From Octopus vulgaris (lineage: Eukaryota): a DNA stretch of 64,000 bases. A program made the position numbers and the translations under genes. The stretch is from positions 79,546,001 to 79,610,000 of the forward strand of contig OX597820.1 in assembly GCA_951406725.2 (NCBI GenBank), written 5' to 3'. The notes under the pieces are model-generated. The model did no database searches. It was not told the origin of the DNA and was given only the letters and a program-made list of their open reading frames with translations. Within the stretch, counting starts at the first letter, position 1. Each line of letters opens with the position of its first letter. Positions 40,471-57,335 of this stretch are shown here, piece by piece.

Positions 40471-42310
40471 GCATACGCACATACACATAGTAAGAGAGTC
40501 TGGTGCGAGTGCAAGTATGCATACGTATGCGTATTGTGTGTTTTTAAACATTTAGCTCAGTCAACTGAAGCGTTCTACCTCTTTGCTTTCGTTTCCCTCA
40601 ACATCTCCTTCATTTCCAAACGATTAAGAAGGTACAAGATTGTTACGGTTGTGCACTTGGTGTATATAAATAGCTTGGCTAGTGTATTTACTGTTTACTA
40701 GTGGTTGATTATGTTTTCTTCGTTAGTGATATACTGATCAAACTTGCAAATTTAATTGACTAGATTAGTTAACTCTCCATCGGGTTTGATAATTTGTCGA
40801 GACGTAAATTCACTTTCAAGTGTGATAAATGTTGGTGAAGATGAAGGGTGGACATCTATTCGCAGGGAACGAGCTAATAGATGGAAAACACGGAGGTGGG
40901 GAATCTATGTACGAACCAATCATTAATGCCCTTTCTAGTTTGCTGTCATTGTCCCGCTTACGTGTTAGTGGGGTTAGAAAAAGGAGGCCCTAAGTTAAAT
41001 TTCAAATTCTTGCGCCCTACATTCAATTATTTCCCAATCTTTTCCTTTCACATCCATAATTGTCTTAGGTGTCTTAATGCAAATATTTTGCTGTCTCTGC
41101 TATTCTTAGGAAAAAAGGAAAAAAGAATAACTACAGCATTCAGCAATCTGCTGTTCTGAACAACAAATTAAACATATCACATAGAAACTGTGTGAAAAAT
41201 ATTGTTTCATTGATTCTTTTGCTATCGGTTTCTCAATTGTTTCTTAGTTTTATATGTCATATCATCTGTATCCAGTCTTTCTGTCATTCTCTTTGGCAAA
41301 ATCGTATTCATAGCAGTTAGCAATGTTACAATTCAAGTTTGTTTTCAAATGTTTCAATCAAAAAAAGGTAGACATAACACTTTCATTCTTGCTTAGTGCA
41401 TATGTATGTGTGTGTGTTCAGGTTTGCATGAATATGCACACATGATTATGCACATGCATTGGTTTAATGGTAGGTTGGCAGTGGTGATACGAAAGATACT
41501 AAAGTTTTTTTTTTTTTTTGTAAATTTTTTTTTTTTTTTGTAATTTTGTAAAATTCCTAAGACTATTTTTGCTTTGTTCGCAATGTTTGCAAAACGAATT
41601 GTTTTACTCGTTGCTAAATTGTCTCTTAAAATTCAATATTACCACAATTCAAGTTAAAGGTGACTTGGTAACATTTTGTTCCTTCCTCATATATATACAC
41701 GTGTGTATGTGTGTGTATATATACATATATATGCATACATATGTGTGTATGTATGCATACATATATGTGTGTATATATACACACATACATATGTATATAT
41801 GTCTTTGTTTGTTCCTTCTCATTAATCTCCAATCAACAGTTTTCTGTTTTGAATCAATCAAAGCTGTTTGTTTAGGCTTCTGTTTTGTTCTGCAAATTCT
41901 TCACCTCCTCGGGGTGTGATCCCCTTCCCCCAAAAAAACCCACCCACCCACCCACCTATCTACCTACCCACCCACTTACATGACCCCTTGCCCCCATTCC
42001 CCCTTCCTTCTCTCCTCCGTTGCATCACTTGTTTATTTCTGAACTAAAGTGACCTCTGAAAAAAAATAATTACTGAATGGATAAAAAAAAAAAGAAGAAA
42101 AGAAAAAAAAAACATAAAACAAAGGAACACAGAAAACAAACATAAAAGACATGGCATACACACACACACACACACACACGCACACTTACAAGCATGCACA
42201 CACTCACATGCACACATACAAACACACATGCACATTTATATATCTACACGCAAACATACGTATACATACATACATACATACATACATATGCGACACATAC
42301 ATATATATAC

Positions 42311-42347
<37 letters not shown>

Positions 42348-42410
42348 AATATATATATAAATATATATCTTATGAATGAATAAAGTTGTTAATTTGTAAT
42401 GAGTTGCTGT
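39423..42410 (+). other. Putative AP2A 3' UTR, up to ~3 kb
   Basis: Several AATAAA sites (39433, 39648, 39782 and distal 42379). The distal site is followed by GT-rich sequence. I see no SINE copies in this stretch, unlike the introns. Confidence 0.4.
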
Positions 42411-42948
42411 GCATGATGCTGTTTTATTTAGAAAAGTGTGAAAACACAGTTGAATTAATGATTGTTTTGTTGTGGTTGTTATTGTTATTGTTGTTGTTAT
42501 TCAATATATAAATATCAATAGTTTTATAGACTTCCTATACTGCAACACTGTTAGATTTGTACCAGAACCGGGTCTGCTTGGGCTCTTGATGTAAACCATG
42601 TGGAACATGAAGATAAAACTGAAATAATATCTCCTTTTTCTTCCTCTTCTTCTCCTCATTCTGTATTCCCCCCTGCCCCCACACACCACCTCTCTATCTT
42701 TCTTTCTTTCTCTGTTTGTCTATCAGTCTTTATACACACACACACATATTGAATACTGTTTAGTTGTAAAAAGGACACCCAAATGTCCTGAATCCATGCC
42801 AGGGATACTGTGAGCCCTTTCCACCCCTTTTCAGCATGGAAATATTAACGTAAAACAATGGTGATAATACAGTTCTATATTTAAGAGATGAGGAATTATG
42901 TACATTATTTACATTTGACAGATATTTGTCCTCATCTTGTTTGTTGTT

Positions 42949-42994
42949 AACACAATATTTCGGCTGATATACCCTCCAGCCTTCATCAGGTGTC
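42949..42994 (-). ncRNA. Minimal type I hammerhead ribozyme, catalytic core intact
   Basis: Minus strand reads GACAC CUGAUGA A GGCUG gaggguauau CAGCC GAA AUAU U GUGUU. Stem I GACAC/GUGUU, stem II GGCUG/CAGCC, palindromic 4-nt stem III, AUU cleavage triplet. Confidence 0.8.
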
Positions 42995-43184
42995 TTGGGG
43001 AAATTTTGAACCTAGGTTCTCATTCCTAAAGTATTTTTCGATGTTATTATTATTATTCAGGTCACTGCCTGGAATCAGGCATATGGCGTAGTGGTTAAGA
43101 GCATGGGCTACTAACCCCAAGATTCCGAGTTCGATTCCAGGCAATGACCTGAATAACAATAATAATAATAATAATAATAATAAT

Positions 43185-43730
43185 GCCAATCTTGCTTCAT
43201 TGGACACTAAACTCTGCTTGCGAAGACCTCTTGAGGCAAGGGAAATCGAAATTGAACCAAATTCGATGACAGGCACCCGTGCCAGTGGAGCGCTAGCAGC
43301 TCCATCCGAGTGAGATCTCTGCCAGAGCAGCTGCCTGACTTCCGTGCTGGTGGCGCATAAAAAGCACCATTTGAGCGTGATCATTACCAGCGTCGCCTTA
43401 ATAGCCCTTGTGCCAGTGGCACGTGAACAAAACATTCGAGCAAGGTCATTGTCAGTGCCACTGGACTGACTCCTGTGCAGGTGGCATGTAAAAAAACACC
43501 ATTTGAGCATGGCCGTTGCCAGTACCGCCAGACTGGCCCTCGTGCCAGTGGCATGTAAAAGCACCCACTACACTCTCGGAGTGGTTGGCGTTAGGAAGGG
43601 CATCCAGCTGTAAAAACTCTGCCAGATCAGATTGGAGCCTGGTGCAGCCATCTGGTTCGCCAGTCCTCAGTCAAATCGTCCAACCCATGTTAGCATGGAA
43701 AGCAGACATTAAATTATGATGATGATGATG
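43185..43730 (+). mobile_element. RTE-tail family repeat inserted in the (AAT)n tract of fold-back copy 2
   Basis: Diverged ~63-nt internal tandem units, then ttaggaagggcatccagctgta...gatgatgatgatg. Related copies at ~13860-14172(-), 28640-28880(+), 32176-32580(-), 33065-33380(-), 35565-35990(-), 37760-38070(-). Confidence 0.75.
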
Positions 43731-43784
43731 AATAACATCAAAAAATACCTTAGGAATAGGAACCCAGGTTCGAAATTTCCCCAA

Positions 43785-43830
43785 GACACCTGATGAAGGC
43801 CGGAGGGGATATCAGCTGAAATGTTGTCTT
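43785..43830 (+). ncRNA. Minimal type I hammerhead motif, core intact but stems mismatched
   Basis: GACAC CUGAUGA A GGCCG gaggggauau CAGCU GAA AUGU U GUCUU. Confidence 0.65.
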
Positions 43831-44406
43831 AACAACAAACAAGATGAGGACAAATATCTGTCAAATGTAAATAATGGTGATGATGATGATAAATAAACAC
43901 ACACACACATACACACCTTGTTTTTGAACAAGAATATTATTGATAGGAGTTTGAAGTTTCAACCAGTTAAGCCAATTTTGGACAATGGCTTAGCTTTAGC
44001 TCACCAAAACTTCAAAGTTACTATCAACAGTATCCTTGTTTAAGAATACTAAATTTGTACTCTACTAAAGTATAGAGTAACCTTTGAGATTAATCTAAGA
44101 TTGCTTTTATTATAACTGAACATAACAACAAACATTTATGTATATATATTATACACGCATAATACTTTTACAAGAAGCAGGATGACTAACTACAAAGTTT
44201 GAACCTGCTAACCTTTGTCAGACAGTCCAAAGAACGCTAGCAGGTTGATACTTCGAAGTCACTCTCATCCTCCAACTTGTAAAAGTTTAATAAATATATA
44301 CTCTGCAAAAAGAGTATTGAGTAATTCTTCAGTTTAATCTTCTTAAATTGTTTTTATTAGAACTTGACATAAAAACAAACATAAATATCATTCAATCTGT
44401 CTACAT

Positions 44407-44502
<96 letters not shown>

Positions 44503-45137
44503 CTTCAGCTTCATTGGATTGCATCCCTTTCAGATGTGTGCACTTGCCTGTACACACACAGACACACACACATGTCTGCAGGTAAACCCAAACTAACTAA
44601 CTCCATCTTTCTCTTCCTTACTTTTAGTCTCTCACTTTGTCCCCTCTTTTCTATATATTTTTTTCTTTGTTGAAATGATTGATGAAATCAGTTTTTGAGG
44701 CCTCAAAAATATTCAAACATATCCATATATATTCAATTTATATTGAATTATATGGCTATTTGTTACTAGAATGGGTTTAGTACAAAATATATATATATAT
44801 ATATACATACATACATATATATATATATATACAGTACATATATAGTATGAAAAATAAGTTTACCTAATATGAATAAAGCTTACTTATTTATGTACTAATC
44901 AGTTATTGGTACTTTGATCAATTTTGTAACAAAACTTAAGCTAAATATCATTTGTTGCTGATAATTGTTTATCAGCTAAATTTATTTTTAAAATATCTTC
45001 TATGATATTTAGCCTATAGTAATTATATTCCTTAATTTATGAGTTATGATATTGCTAAATATTGCCAGTTCAGTTGTCATTATATGGTAAGTACAAGAAA
45101 GTACAAGGCTGTATATTTTGATAAAGCTTTTTATTTT

Positions 45138-45526
45138 TACTGTTCTATATTTAAGAGATGAGGAATTGTGTACATTATTTACATTAGACGGATATTTGTC
45201 CTCATCTTGTTTATTGTTAACACAACGTTTCGGCTGGTATACCCTCTAGTCTCCATCAGGTGTCTTGGGGAATTTTCGTACCTGGTTCTCATTCCTAAAG
45301 TATTTTTCGATGTTATTATTATTTAGGTCACTGCCCAAGATTCTGAGTTCGATTCCAGGTAGTGACCTGGAGAACAACAACGATGATAATAATAATAATA
45401 ATAGTAATGTTGAAAAATACCTTAGGACTGAGAACCGAGGTTCAAAATTTCCCCAAGACACCTGATGAAGGCTAGAGGGTAATAACAAACAAGATGAGGA
45501 CAAATATCCATCAAATGTAAACAATG
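45138..45526 (+). mobile_element. Fold-back tRNA-headed SINE with hammerhead motifs, copy 3 (head 5'-truncated)
   Basis: Inverted arms. Only the B-box half of the tRNA head remains (GTTCGATTCC). Hammerhead motif at 45219-45264 (-) and a half-deleted copy from 45457 (+). Tail at 45138-45172. Confidence 0.85.
45219..45264 (-). ncRNA. Minimal hammerhead motif, degenerate core and stem II
   Basis: Minus strand GACAC CUGAUGG A GACUA..CAGCC GAA ACGU U GUGUU. Confidence 0.55.
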
Positions 45527-46115
45527 CTTTTGGTTTTTGCTCCCCCCCCCCTTTTGGATTGAAGGATTAGTTTAAAGAATTATAACATTTTGATTTGTTA
45601 ATAATTTCTTCACATTTCATTTCAAACAAAATGCTGCTTTTGATTCTATTTGTAATTTGTTCTCTACTAAATCCTTTTTTATTATAATAACGACTGCCTT
45701 TCAAAACTACTATTGTTATCATAACACTTTATGATTTACCTGTAATTCTTTACGATTTTCAAAGTCATATCTTCTGCAGGTAATATTAGTTTGGTTAGAA
45801 ACCTAGAAATTGAAAACATTTTTTTCTCTCAATTGATCTTTGGTTTTTCAAAAGAGTGACAACTGAATCCTGTTCCAACCACCCACATTTTCTTCTTTCT
45901 TTCTTTTATCAGTTGTTTCTACTACTACTACTACTACTATTACTACTACCACCACCACCACCACCACTACTAACATTGTTAAAACAGACCAATTTTAGTG
46001 ATTTAACAGTTCTGTTCTGTTTTTGTAGAATTGGTGATGGAACTGACCAGTATGGCTCAACAATTTCCATCCATGTTTGCAGTACAAGCATGGAACCATT
46101 TAGTTAAAAGACATT

Positions 46116-47203
46116 TTTCAGGCTGGAAAGACAGTTTTGTCGCATTTTAGGGTGGGAAGGAAACAAATGCTTCTTTGATCTCAGTATATCTTATTAAAAT
46201 TAATATTTTCCCTCATTATTGATAACATAATCTCATCTGTTTGGCACATTGTTGATCCCTCAGGCATAAATATATCTTTCACATTTTGAAGCAAAGAAAA
46301 CACTTAATCACAATTAATGAGTTGTTTACCCTCAGAATAATGTCACAATGATCTGAAAATATGATAGTCAGATGGATTAAGGTCAGGAGAGTAAGAAAGA
46401 TGAGGCAAAACTTTCATATTTAGTACCATCATCTTGAGCGAATTGGCTCATATGTGGTCTTGTGTTGTTATGTAAGAGCAACACACCTTTACAATTGACT
46501 GATGATGGGTGCTTTATCTGCAAATTTTTTGTGCAAAGCTTCCAATTCATGACAATACTTCTCATGAAATGTTTCGTTTTGGTTTAACACTTCATGAGAA
46601 ACGACTCTTTGTATCCCACCAAACACAGTGTGGTCCTGGTTCTTTTAGGAAGGATTCTCCTGTTTCATTGGATGTTAACCATTGTCGTTTTCATTGGATA
46701 TGATTACAGAGAACTCACTTTTCATCACCTCCTATGATTCTACCCTGGGATAGGTTTGGTAACTCGTCTACCCTGCAATAACAAAGGGAAGGCAACTCTT
46801 TGATTAAGCTGAGAAGTCAAATGATGAGGTATCCACTGACCAAGTTAAAACTCTTTTCCTTGTTCATGAAATGTTTTAAGATCAAAAAGAAACTTGAATT
46901 GAAGTGCTTTACTAATTCTTGGGCTGTCTGCTTTGGATTTTCAGAAGCTTAATATTCACAGAACTTAGTTGTCCAGATTTAGAGGAATCTACAAGAGTAA
47001 AATTTTTCGAGCAAAACTATCATTACTATACCTGGACACTTAAAGCTACATTTCCATAGACAGAAACGAATATTTCTTGCTGCTTCAAATGATAAAGAAC
47101 CCCTTAAAAACACTAGAATGTAAAAATTAATACTTATTGTACAATAAGTATTAAAAATATACCCAGTATTAAGTCAAAATTGCGACTGGACTTTCTTTCC
47201 AAC

Positions 47204-47208
<5 letters not shown>
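46116..47208 (-). mobile_element. Old mariner transposon remnant
   Basis: Degenerate TIRs (tcaggctggaaagacagttttgtcgca vs revcomp ttaggttggaaagaaagtccagtcgca). Minus-strand RIIGGDEK*VL and KGVLLLHNNTRPH. Confidence 0.8.
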
Positions 47209-51392
<4,184 letters not shown>

Positions 51393-54300
51393 ATGTGCAT
51401 GCGTGTGGTGAGTTAGTAGAAATAATAATTTCCTCATGGACTTCAGATCCCACTGAATTTCACTTTATCTTTCATGTCTTTAAAAGTTTAATGATAAAAA
51501 CCAATAATAATACATAATAGTGCCAATTCAGTTGACTCTATGGTCTTCCATTTAAAATGTGACTCTCTGCCTATTTATTCCCTCCGGCAAAATGAAATCT
51601 TGCACATGCTGTTCTGCAACATGGCATTTAAAAAAAAAAAAGATTTATTATTATTATTATCATTCTTATTATCCAAAAATGAGGGCAGCAGAATGGCATG
51701 GTTTGCAGTATTTAGTTTAATGTTCATTCATTTCTGAATTCAAATTTTGCAAAGCTTGAGCTTGCATTTCAGTATCAGGTCTGATAATGGCCTAGAATGG
51801 ATTCCTTGGAATGTAGTCCCACCTCAAGAAATTTGTGGCTTTATGCCAGTCTAAGAAACCATTATCTGAAAATGAAAGTAAAAGTTTACATGTGGCTTTA
51901 AACGTAGCGCAGAGGTCATGGAGTGCTTGGTCATCTGTACAACAACAATCAATCAATTGTTGCTATTTGTTTGTTAGTTTTTGACATTTTTTTCTTGCCT
52001 TGTATGACATTTTAAAGCACTAAATAATCATTGTTACAAAGGTCCAGGTTTCAAATCCTAACCCTGTCATGACTCACCCCTTTTTTTTATTTTTTATTTT
52101 TTGTCCCTCCAAGAATGAGAGTTGATAAAATAAGTACCAGTAATATACTGGTATTAGTGGTGGTGGCGATGGTGGGGGTGTGATTTAATTGTATTGTTTT
52201 CTCTACAGATATAAAAAGGGCCAGCTTTGTGTGGAGACAAATGAAATTAAAATCCAAAATAACCAACCACTTGTCGTTGTTGTTTAGTCCCAAATCAACC
52301 CTAATTGGGTAAACCCAATCATCAAAAATACCTTTGCCTTCATCCTGATTATCTCCTTTAGTTTTTTTCTTTGTCATAGTATAACTAGAGTTACATGATC
52401 AATCACGTCCTTCCTTTTTAAGATTGTAAGGATTCGGAAATTTGGATGTCATTTCTAGCAGATTGAGTGGCCATGTAGAGGCTCTTAAAGTACTGGATGA
52501 AATGCCTCATAGAATATTATTTAACACCTGCCTTCCATGCTGGCATGGGTTGGATGGTTTTGGAAGAGCTTGCAAAGCCAAAGGACTGCATCAAGCTCTG
52601 CTCTCTGCTTTGGCATGGTTTCTATGGTTAGACGCCCTTCTAATGCCAACCACTTCACAGAGCAGATTGGGTGCTTTTATATGTGGCACCAGCACTAGTG
52701 GGTTCACCAAGTAACTCACAAGACAAGGTGCCCACCTCATTTGAGAGGGGTTTAATTTTAAGGGAGGTGACTTTGTGCCAGGTGAGGAGAAGTTAAAATC
52801 AGAAGTGTTTGATAGTAAAATGCTGGGCTAAATATCTTATAGAATATGATGGGATATCCAGTTAATTTCCATGAATGGACTTTTACTTGTTTAATCTGTT
52901 GGACAATTATCTACTCACTGAATTATTTTAAGGGGCTGAGTAATCTGTAGTAACATATTGGTCATCTTCGGGTTAGAATCAGTGTGACATAGTCTGTGAC
53001 AAGTTAAGACCTTTCAATTACTCATCAAGTCCATTCACCAGGCTTGGACATAATTTTCATCTCCCTAGATTCACTCAGATGGCCCAAGATGTCGAGTAGG
53101 GGGATTGATTCCAAGGCCTCGTGGTTGGAGCCATGCCTGCATTTATTTTATTATATACAGTTGTGCTTTACTTACTTTAACCCTCCACTCACTGAAGAGC
53201 GTAATACCATCAACAACTTTCCTTCAGTGTTTTTGATTTTAGGCTGTAAGGTGCTGCACTCATGATTGCTAGATTGTGGGTTCAATTCTCAGACCAGGCA
53301 GTGTGTTATATTCTTGAGCAAAACATCATTTCACATATCTCCAGTTCACTTGGCTATAAATGGTTAGTCTTGCAATGGACTCACTTTCCAATCAGGAGCG
53401 ATGTTGGCCTGCTCACCTAGTCATCATTTGAAAGTGAAAAACAATGCAAAGCATATTGTGACCAGTGATGTATAACCACATCCGATAGTCTGATTGATGC
53501 CGTGAGCTTCAGAGTATCCTCTCTTCCCTGTCTCTTGTGGGACATATATTTCCTCGAGGAAGGGCCTCCTTTCCCCAAGTCTTGATTGTTATGAATTGTA
53601 ATCAATGCTTTTGAAACTTTGCTTTTTTTTTCTCTCTAGGTAGGGATGTTGGCCCCTACACAAATTCATATTTATATTCTGGGAAGAGGTGGACCATATT
53701 AGGCCCTTTGACCTGTCCAGCAAGGGTAGTACTACAGGGAGCTGGTGTCCCACTGGTGAAGCTGTTAGGGTCCCTGAGGCACACAGTCCACCCCATCACT
53801 ACAAGTACTGGAAACTTGTAGTTTCCAGTCCTTGTAGACTGGAAGCTTATAGTTTAGTAGGGGTTAATATACTCAGTGTTGTGAACCTATAAATGTTTAA
53901 CAAATCAAAATTACACACATACTAACCTCCTTCAAAAACAAATAATTCATGGCAAGGGACGTAACTCCTAAATTGACTTAAAATTGTGTTGGGCATACAA
54001 TGGTGAGTGTGTCCCGATTTGGCTTTTTATTAACTTTGGACATGTTCCTCACTTAACCTGTATTTACTATCTGTCTCTCTCTCTCTTTCTCTCTCTGTTA
54101 CCATTCCAAAACCAACAGTTGGGACTGTTTGTCATTCAGTAAAATTAGTCTCTGCTAATAAATATATTGGAACCAATTCTTACCACCTGTTATTTTAATC
54201 CTTACAAATCAAGGATATTAGTTGTTGTTTAATACCAGAGTCAAGTTTCATAAATCAGTTCACTGATCAAAAGCATCCCTTTTCTATAAACCCCACTATT

Positions 54301-55721
54301 TGATAACTATCTAGGACCTTGTTATCTAAAATATTTCTTGGACTTTTTAAAAAAAATTGTAGGGTGTGAGTTGTGTGAATTTGGCTGTTATTTCTAGCAG
54401 TCTCATTGTTTTGACAATGATGCTGCCTTCCTAAAACCACTGACTGAAGTACAGTATTATTGCTGATTCTTATTGACAAACAATAAATATATATATCAAA
54501 TATGTATTGGATTGTCAGATATATTTGCTCATTTTTTTAAAATTTAAATTCTTGTTTTTTATCAACAATTTTGAGAAATCCGTGCATTATTTCCTGCAGA
54601 AGATAGGTCTGACACCCAGACAACTGAAGAAAGCTATGGTTGATAAGACACCGTAAGTGGACCCTTCCGTGGGTGAAGACTAGCTCAGTCCTTGCTGTGC
54701 CACTCAGGTGAAGTGTATAGGCCAAGGGGTGAAACACTTGTGACCCTGGGGTACTGGCTTATGATATGGAAGGGTTTCCAGCATTGCAATAGATTTAGAG
54801 CAGCTTGGAAAACGTCCGAGTGACTCCTGCAGTTTCTTTGTAGGGCAAAGCATCTCTGATGTTTATTTCCTCTTTAATTATTTTTTATTAACGATTTTAA
54901 CAAACTACATTCTCCTTCATTGTACATGGCTTCTTGTCAATGTTCCACTAGCTTGTCAATGCCTTGGCAGTAGAAATGACCGAGTGTTGACTTTAAGAAT
55001 TCATTGAGTCATGTTTTCAGTTTCATGTCTCAGACTGCTAGAGAACAACCATAAAAGATGATAATTTAAAGATGCTGCAATCAGGAAAATACTCCTGGAG
55101 TTAATGGAATCTCTTAACTGAGCTCTTGAATAGCATTTTTGGTAAAATTAGTACTGTGGAAGTGAATGTTGTGTTGAAGAAGCATGCCATGTTGCTAGTC
55201 AGATTGTTTTGGATGGATTGCCCATCATGTGAAAGTATCATGAGAACATCCCATCTGCTTAGCCAATTCCTGAATGGAATTGGTGCAGTTTATGAAACTG
55301 AACCGATCAACCAAATTGTGGAGAATCTGTGAGGTTGAATTTCCCTCTCCTTGAAGAATAAAAACAATTCCTGTGCAGTCCTTTCAGTAAGAGCACCTTT
55401 TCTGAACACAGCACAAATGTCTTGAGCAGCTTTGAAACCTTAATTGAAAATGAAGATGTGCAGATGTTGAAAATACTCTTTTTTTTTTTTCTTCTACTTG
55501 GCATTCTGTTGTCATGTCGGAAAAGAGGTAAAATTAATTCAAATTTCAAAAGCATCGGCTGTGTGGTTAGAAGCTTGTTTCTCAACCACATGGTTCTGAG
55601 TTCAGTCCCACTGTGTGACACCTTGAGCAAGTGTCTTCTACTATAACCTTGGGCTGACCAAAAGCCTTGTGAGTGGATTTTGTAGGCAAGAAGAAGCTTG
55701 TCATATATGTATATATATATA

Positions 55722-56648
55722 TATTGGGTCATCCCATAAATAATGCAGTTTTTTTTATACTTTTATTTTTCATTCATTTTCTACAATGCCCTCCCAACTA
55801 TCTGGTAGACTTGCAAGACCCCTTCCAAAATTCACTTGTCCATGACCAAAAATTCTCCTCCAATACTGTTCTGACCGTGTCTACAGAATTCATATTTTTC
55901 CTGTCCAAATGATTTTGAAGACTGCACAATAAATGATAATCAGATGAGGCAATGTCCGACAAATATGATGGGTGTGGCATTGTTTCCCATTCAGACTACT
56001 CCAGCATTTGGAATGTCATCTTCACTGTATGTAGCCGAGAATTATCCTGATGGAAGAACACCTTTCATCTTGAAACCAAAGATGGTCATTTTTCATCAAG
56101 CACCGACTTAAGCTGCTCACAGTAGATCTCTTTTGTTATCGTTTGGTTTGGGTTTAAAATTTCAAAGTGGATTAAGCATTTCATATACCACCAAACAGAT
56201 AACAATGCCTTACATGGATAAAGACCTTTTTTAGCCTGGGGTGCCGGTGTTTCTCTATTCTTTACCCACTGTCCTCAGCACTTGACACTTTTATAGAGAA
56301 CCCATTTCTTATCACCAATCGCTATTCGGTCCCAAAAAGGTTCATTCGTGAGACTTGGCACTTATTGTCCAACCCCCATATACTGCATTAATATTCCTCA
56401 CACTTTCCGTTGCCTTTATTGAACACATAAAGGAAAATATGTTGAATATGCTCCTTTGTCACTTCCATTATATCTTTGAAAAAATGACTGTTAAAATCGA
56501 ATTGCACTCTTCAAAACTTGCACTAAGAATAAGGACAAGGTAAAATTACTACCTGCTTTTATAGCAAGTTGATGCAGGTAGTTTATCCCCCTCCGACTTT
56601 TAGTTCATGTAATTGAAAAAGCTGCATTATTTATGGGATGACCCAATA
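55722..56648 (-). mobile_element. Mariner DNA transposon, internally deleted, nested in a tRNA-SINE
   Basis: TIRs TTGGGTCATCCCATAAATAATGCAG / CTGCATTATTTATGGGATGACCCAA flanked by TA. Minus-strand transposase motifs IGDKKWVLY, VFFHQDNSRLH, PHPSYLSDIASSDYHL. Confidence 0.9.
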
Positions 56649-57335
56649 TATATGTACCTATGTCTTTGTATCTGTGAATGTCCCTCACCACTACTTGACA
56701 ACCAGTGTTGGTGTGTTTATGTCCCCATAACATTGCAGTTCAGCAAAAGAGACCAACAGAATAAGGACTAGGATTGAAAAAGAAAACACGTACTGAGTCG
56801 ATTCAGTTGACTAAAAATTCTTCAAGGTGGTGCCCCAGCATGGCCACGGTCTAATGACTGAAACATGCGAAAGACTAAGACAAAAATCGTAGAGGAGGCC
56901 TAGAGCTTTAAAAAGAAAGGAATGATGAAAATATCTTTTGTGTTTATCCAAATGACGCTGGAAAGAAACAAATGAATTTATCTGACAAACCAATACAAGA
57001 GAAGGAATCTTCTACATCGTTGGTTACAAGAATTCCCTTAGAATCTGCTCTGCTGGGGAGTATGAGTGTAGGTAGTAGGGGAAATGTTGAGTTGTATTCG
57101 AGTCCAGATATTATTTCTGTTGTTATCTCATTTTATTATTATGTTAATCTACAGAGATTGCTGTAAGCTTGTGATTATCCTGCTTGTTGTCAGCCCACAA
57201 CCAAGGTTATTACTATCAGCCTATTTTCACTGGTTGTTTGGTTGGTAACCAATATGTTAACAACCAACAGCAAGTTTGCACATTGTATCCATAGTTCTTC
57301 TAATTTTTGAAATTTCATTTCATTATTATTATTAT

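Larger units (their letters stand above)
42868..43876 (+). mobile_element. Fold-back tRNA-headed SINE with hammerhead motifs, copy 2 (interrupted by a 43185-43730 insertion)
   Basis: Inverted arms. tRNA head at 43077-43150 with A box TGGCGTAGTGG (43084-43094) and B box GTTCGATTC (43129-43137). Hammerhead motifs at 42949-42994 (-) and 43785-43830 (+). Tail at 42868-42902. Confidence 0.85.

Noticed and set aside
43077-43150. Possible tRNA gene (loop CTACTAA)
   Set aside because: A and B boxes are present but the acceptor stem does not pair properly, and it is the head of a repeated element.
45856-46107. ORF with a ttttgtag acceptor-like site at ~46028
   Set aside because: Low-complexity ORF with no donor or homology, abutting a mariner TIR.
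54860-55450. Possible further mariner remnant (minus strand GIDKLVEH*QEAMYNEG)
   Set aside because: Too degenerate to define ends or confirm by eye.
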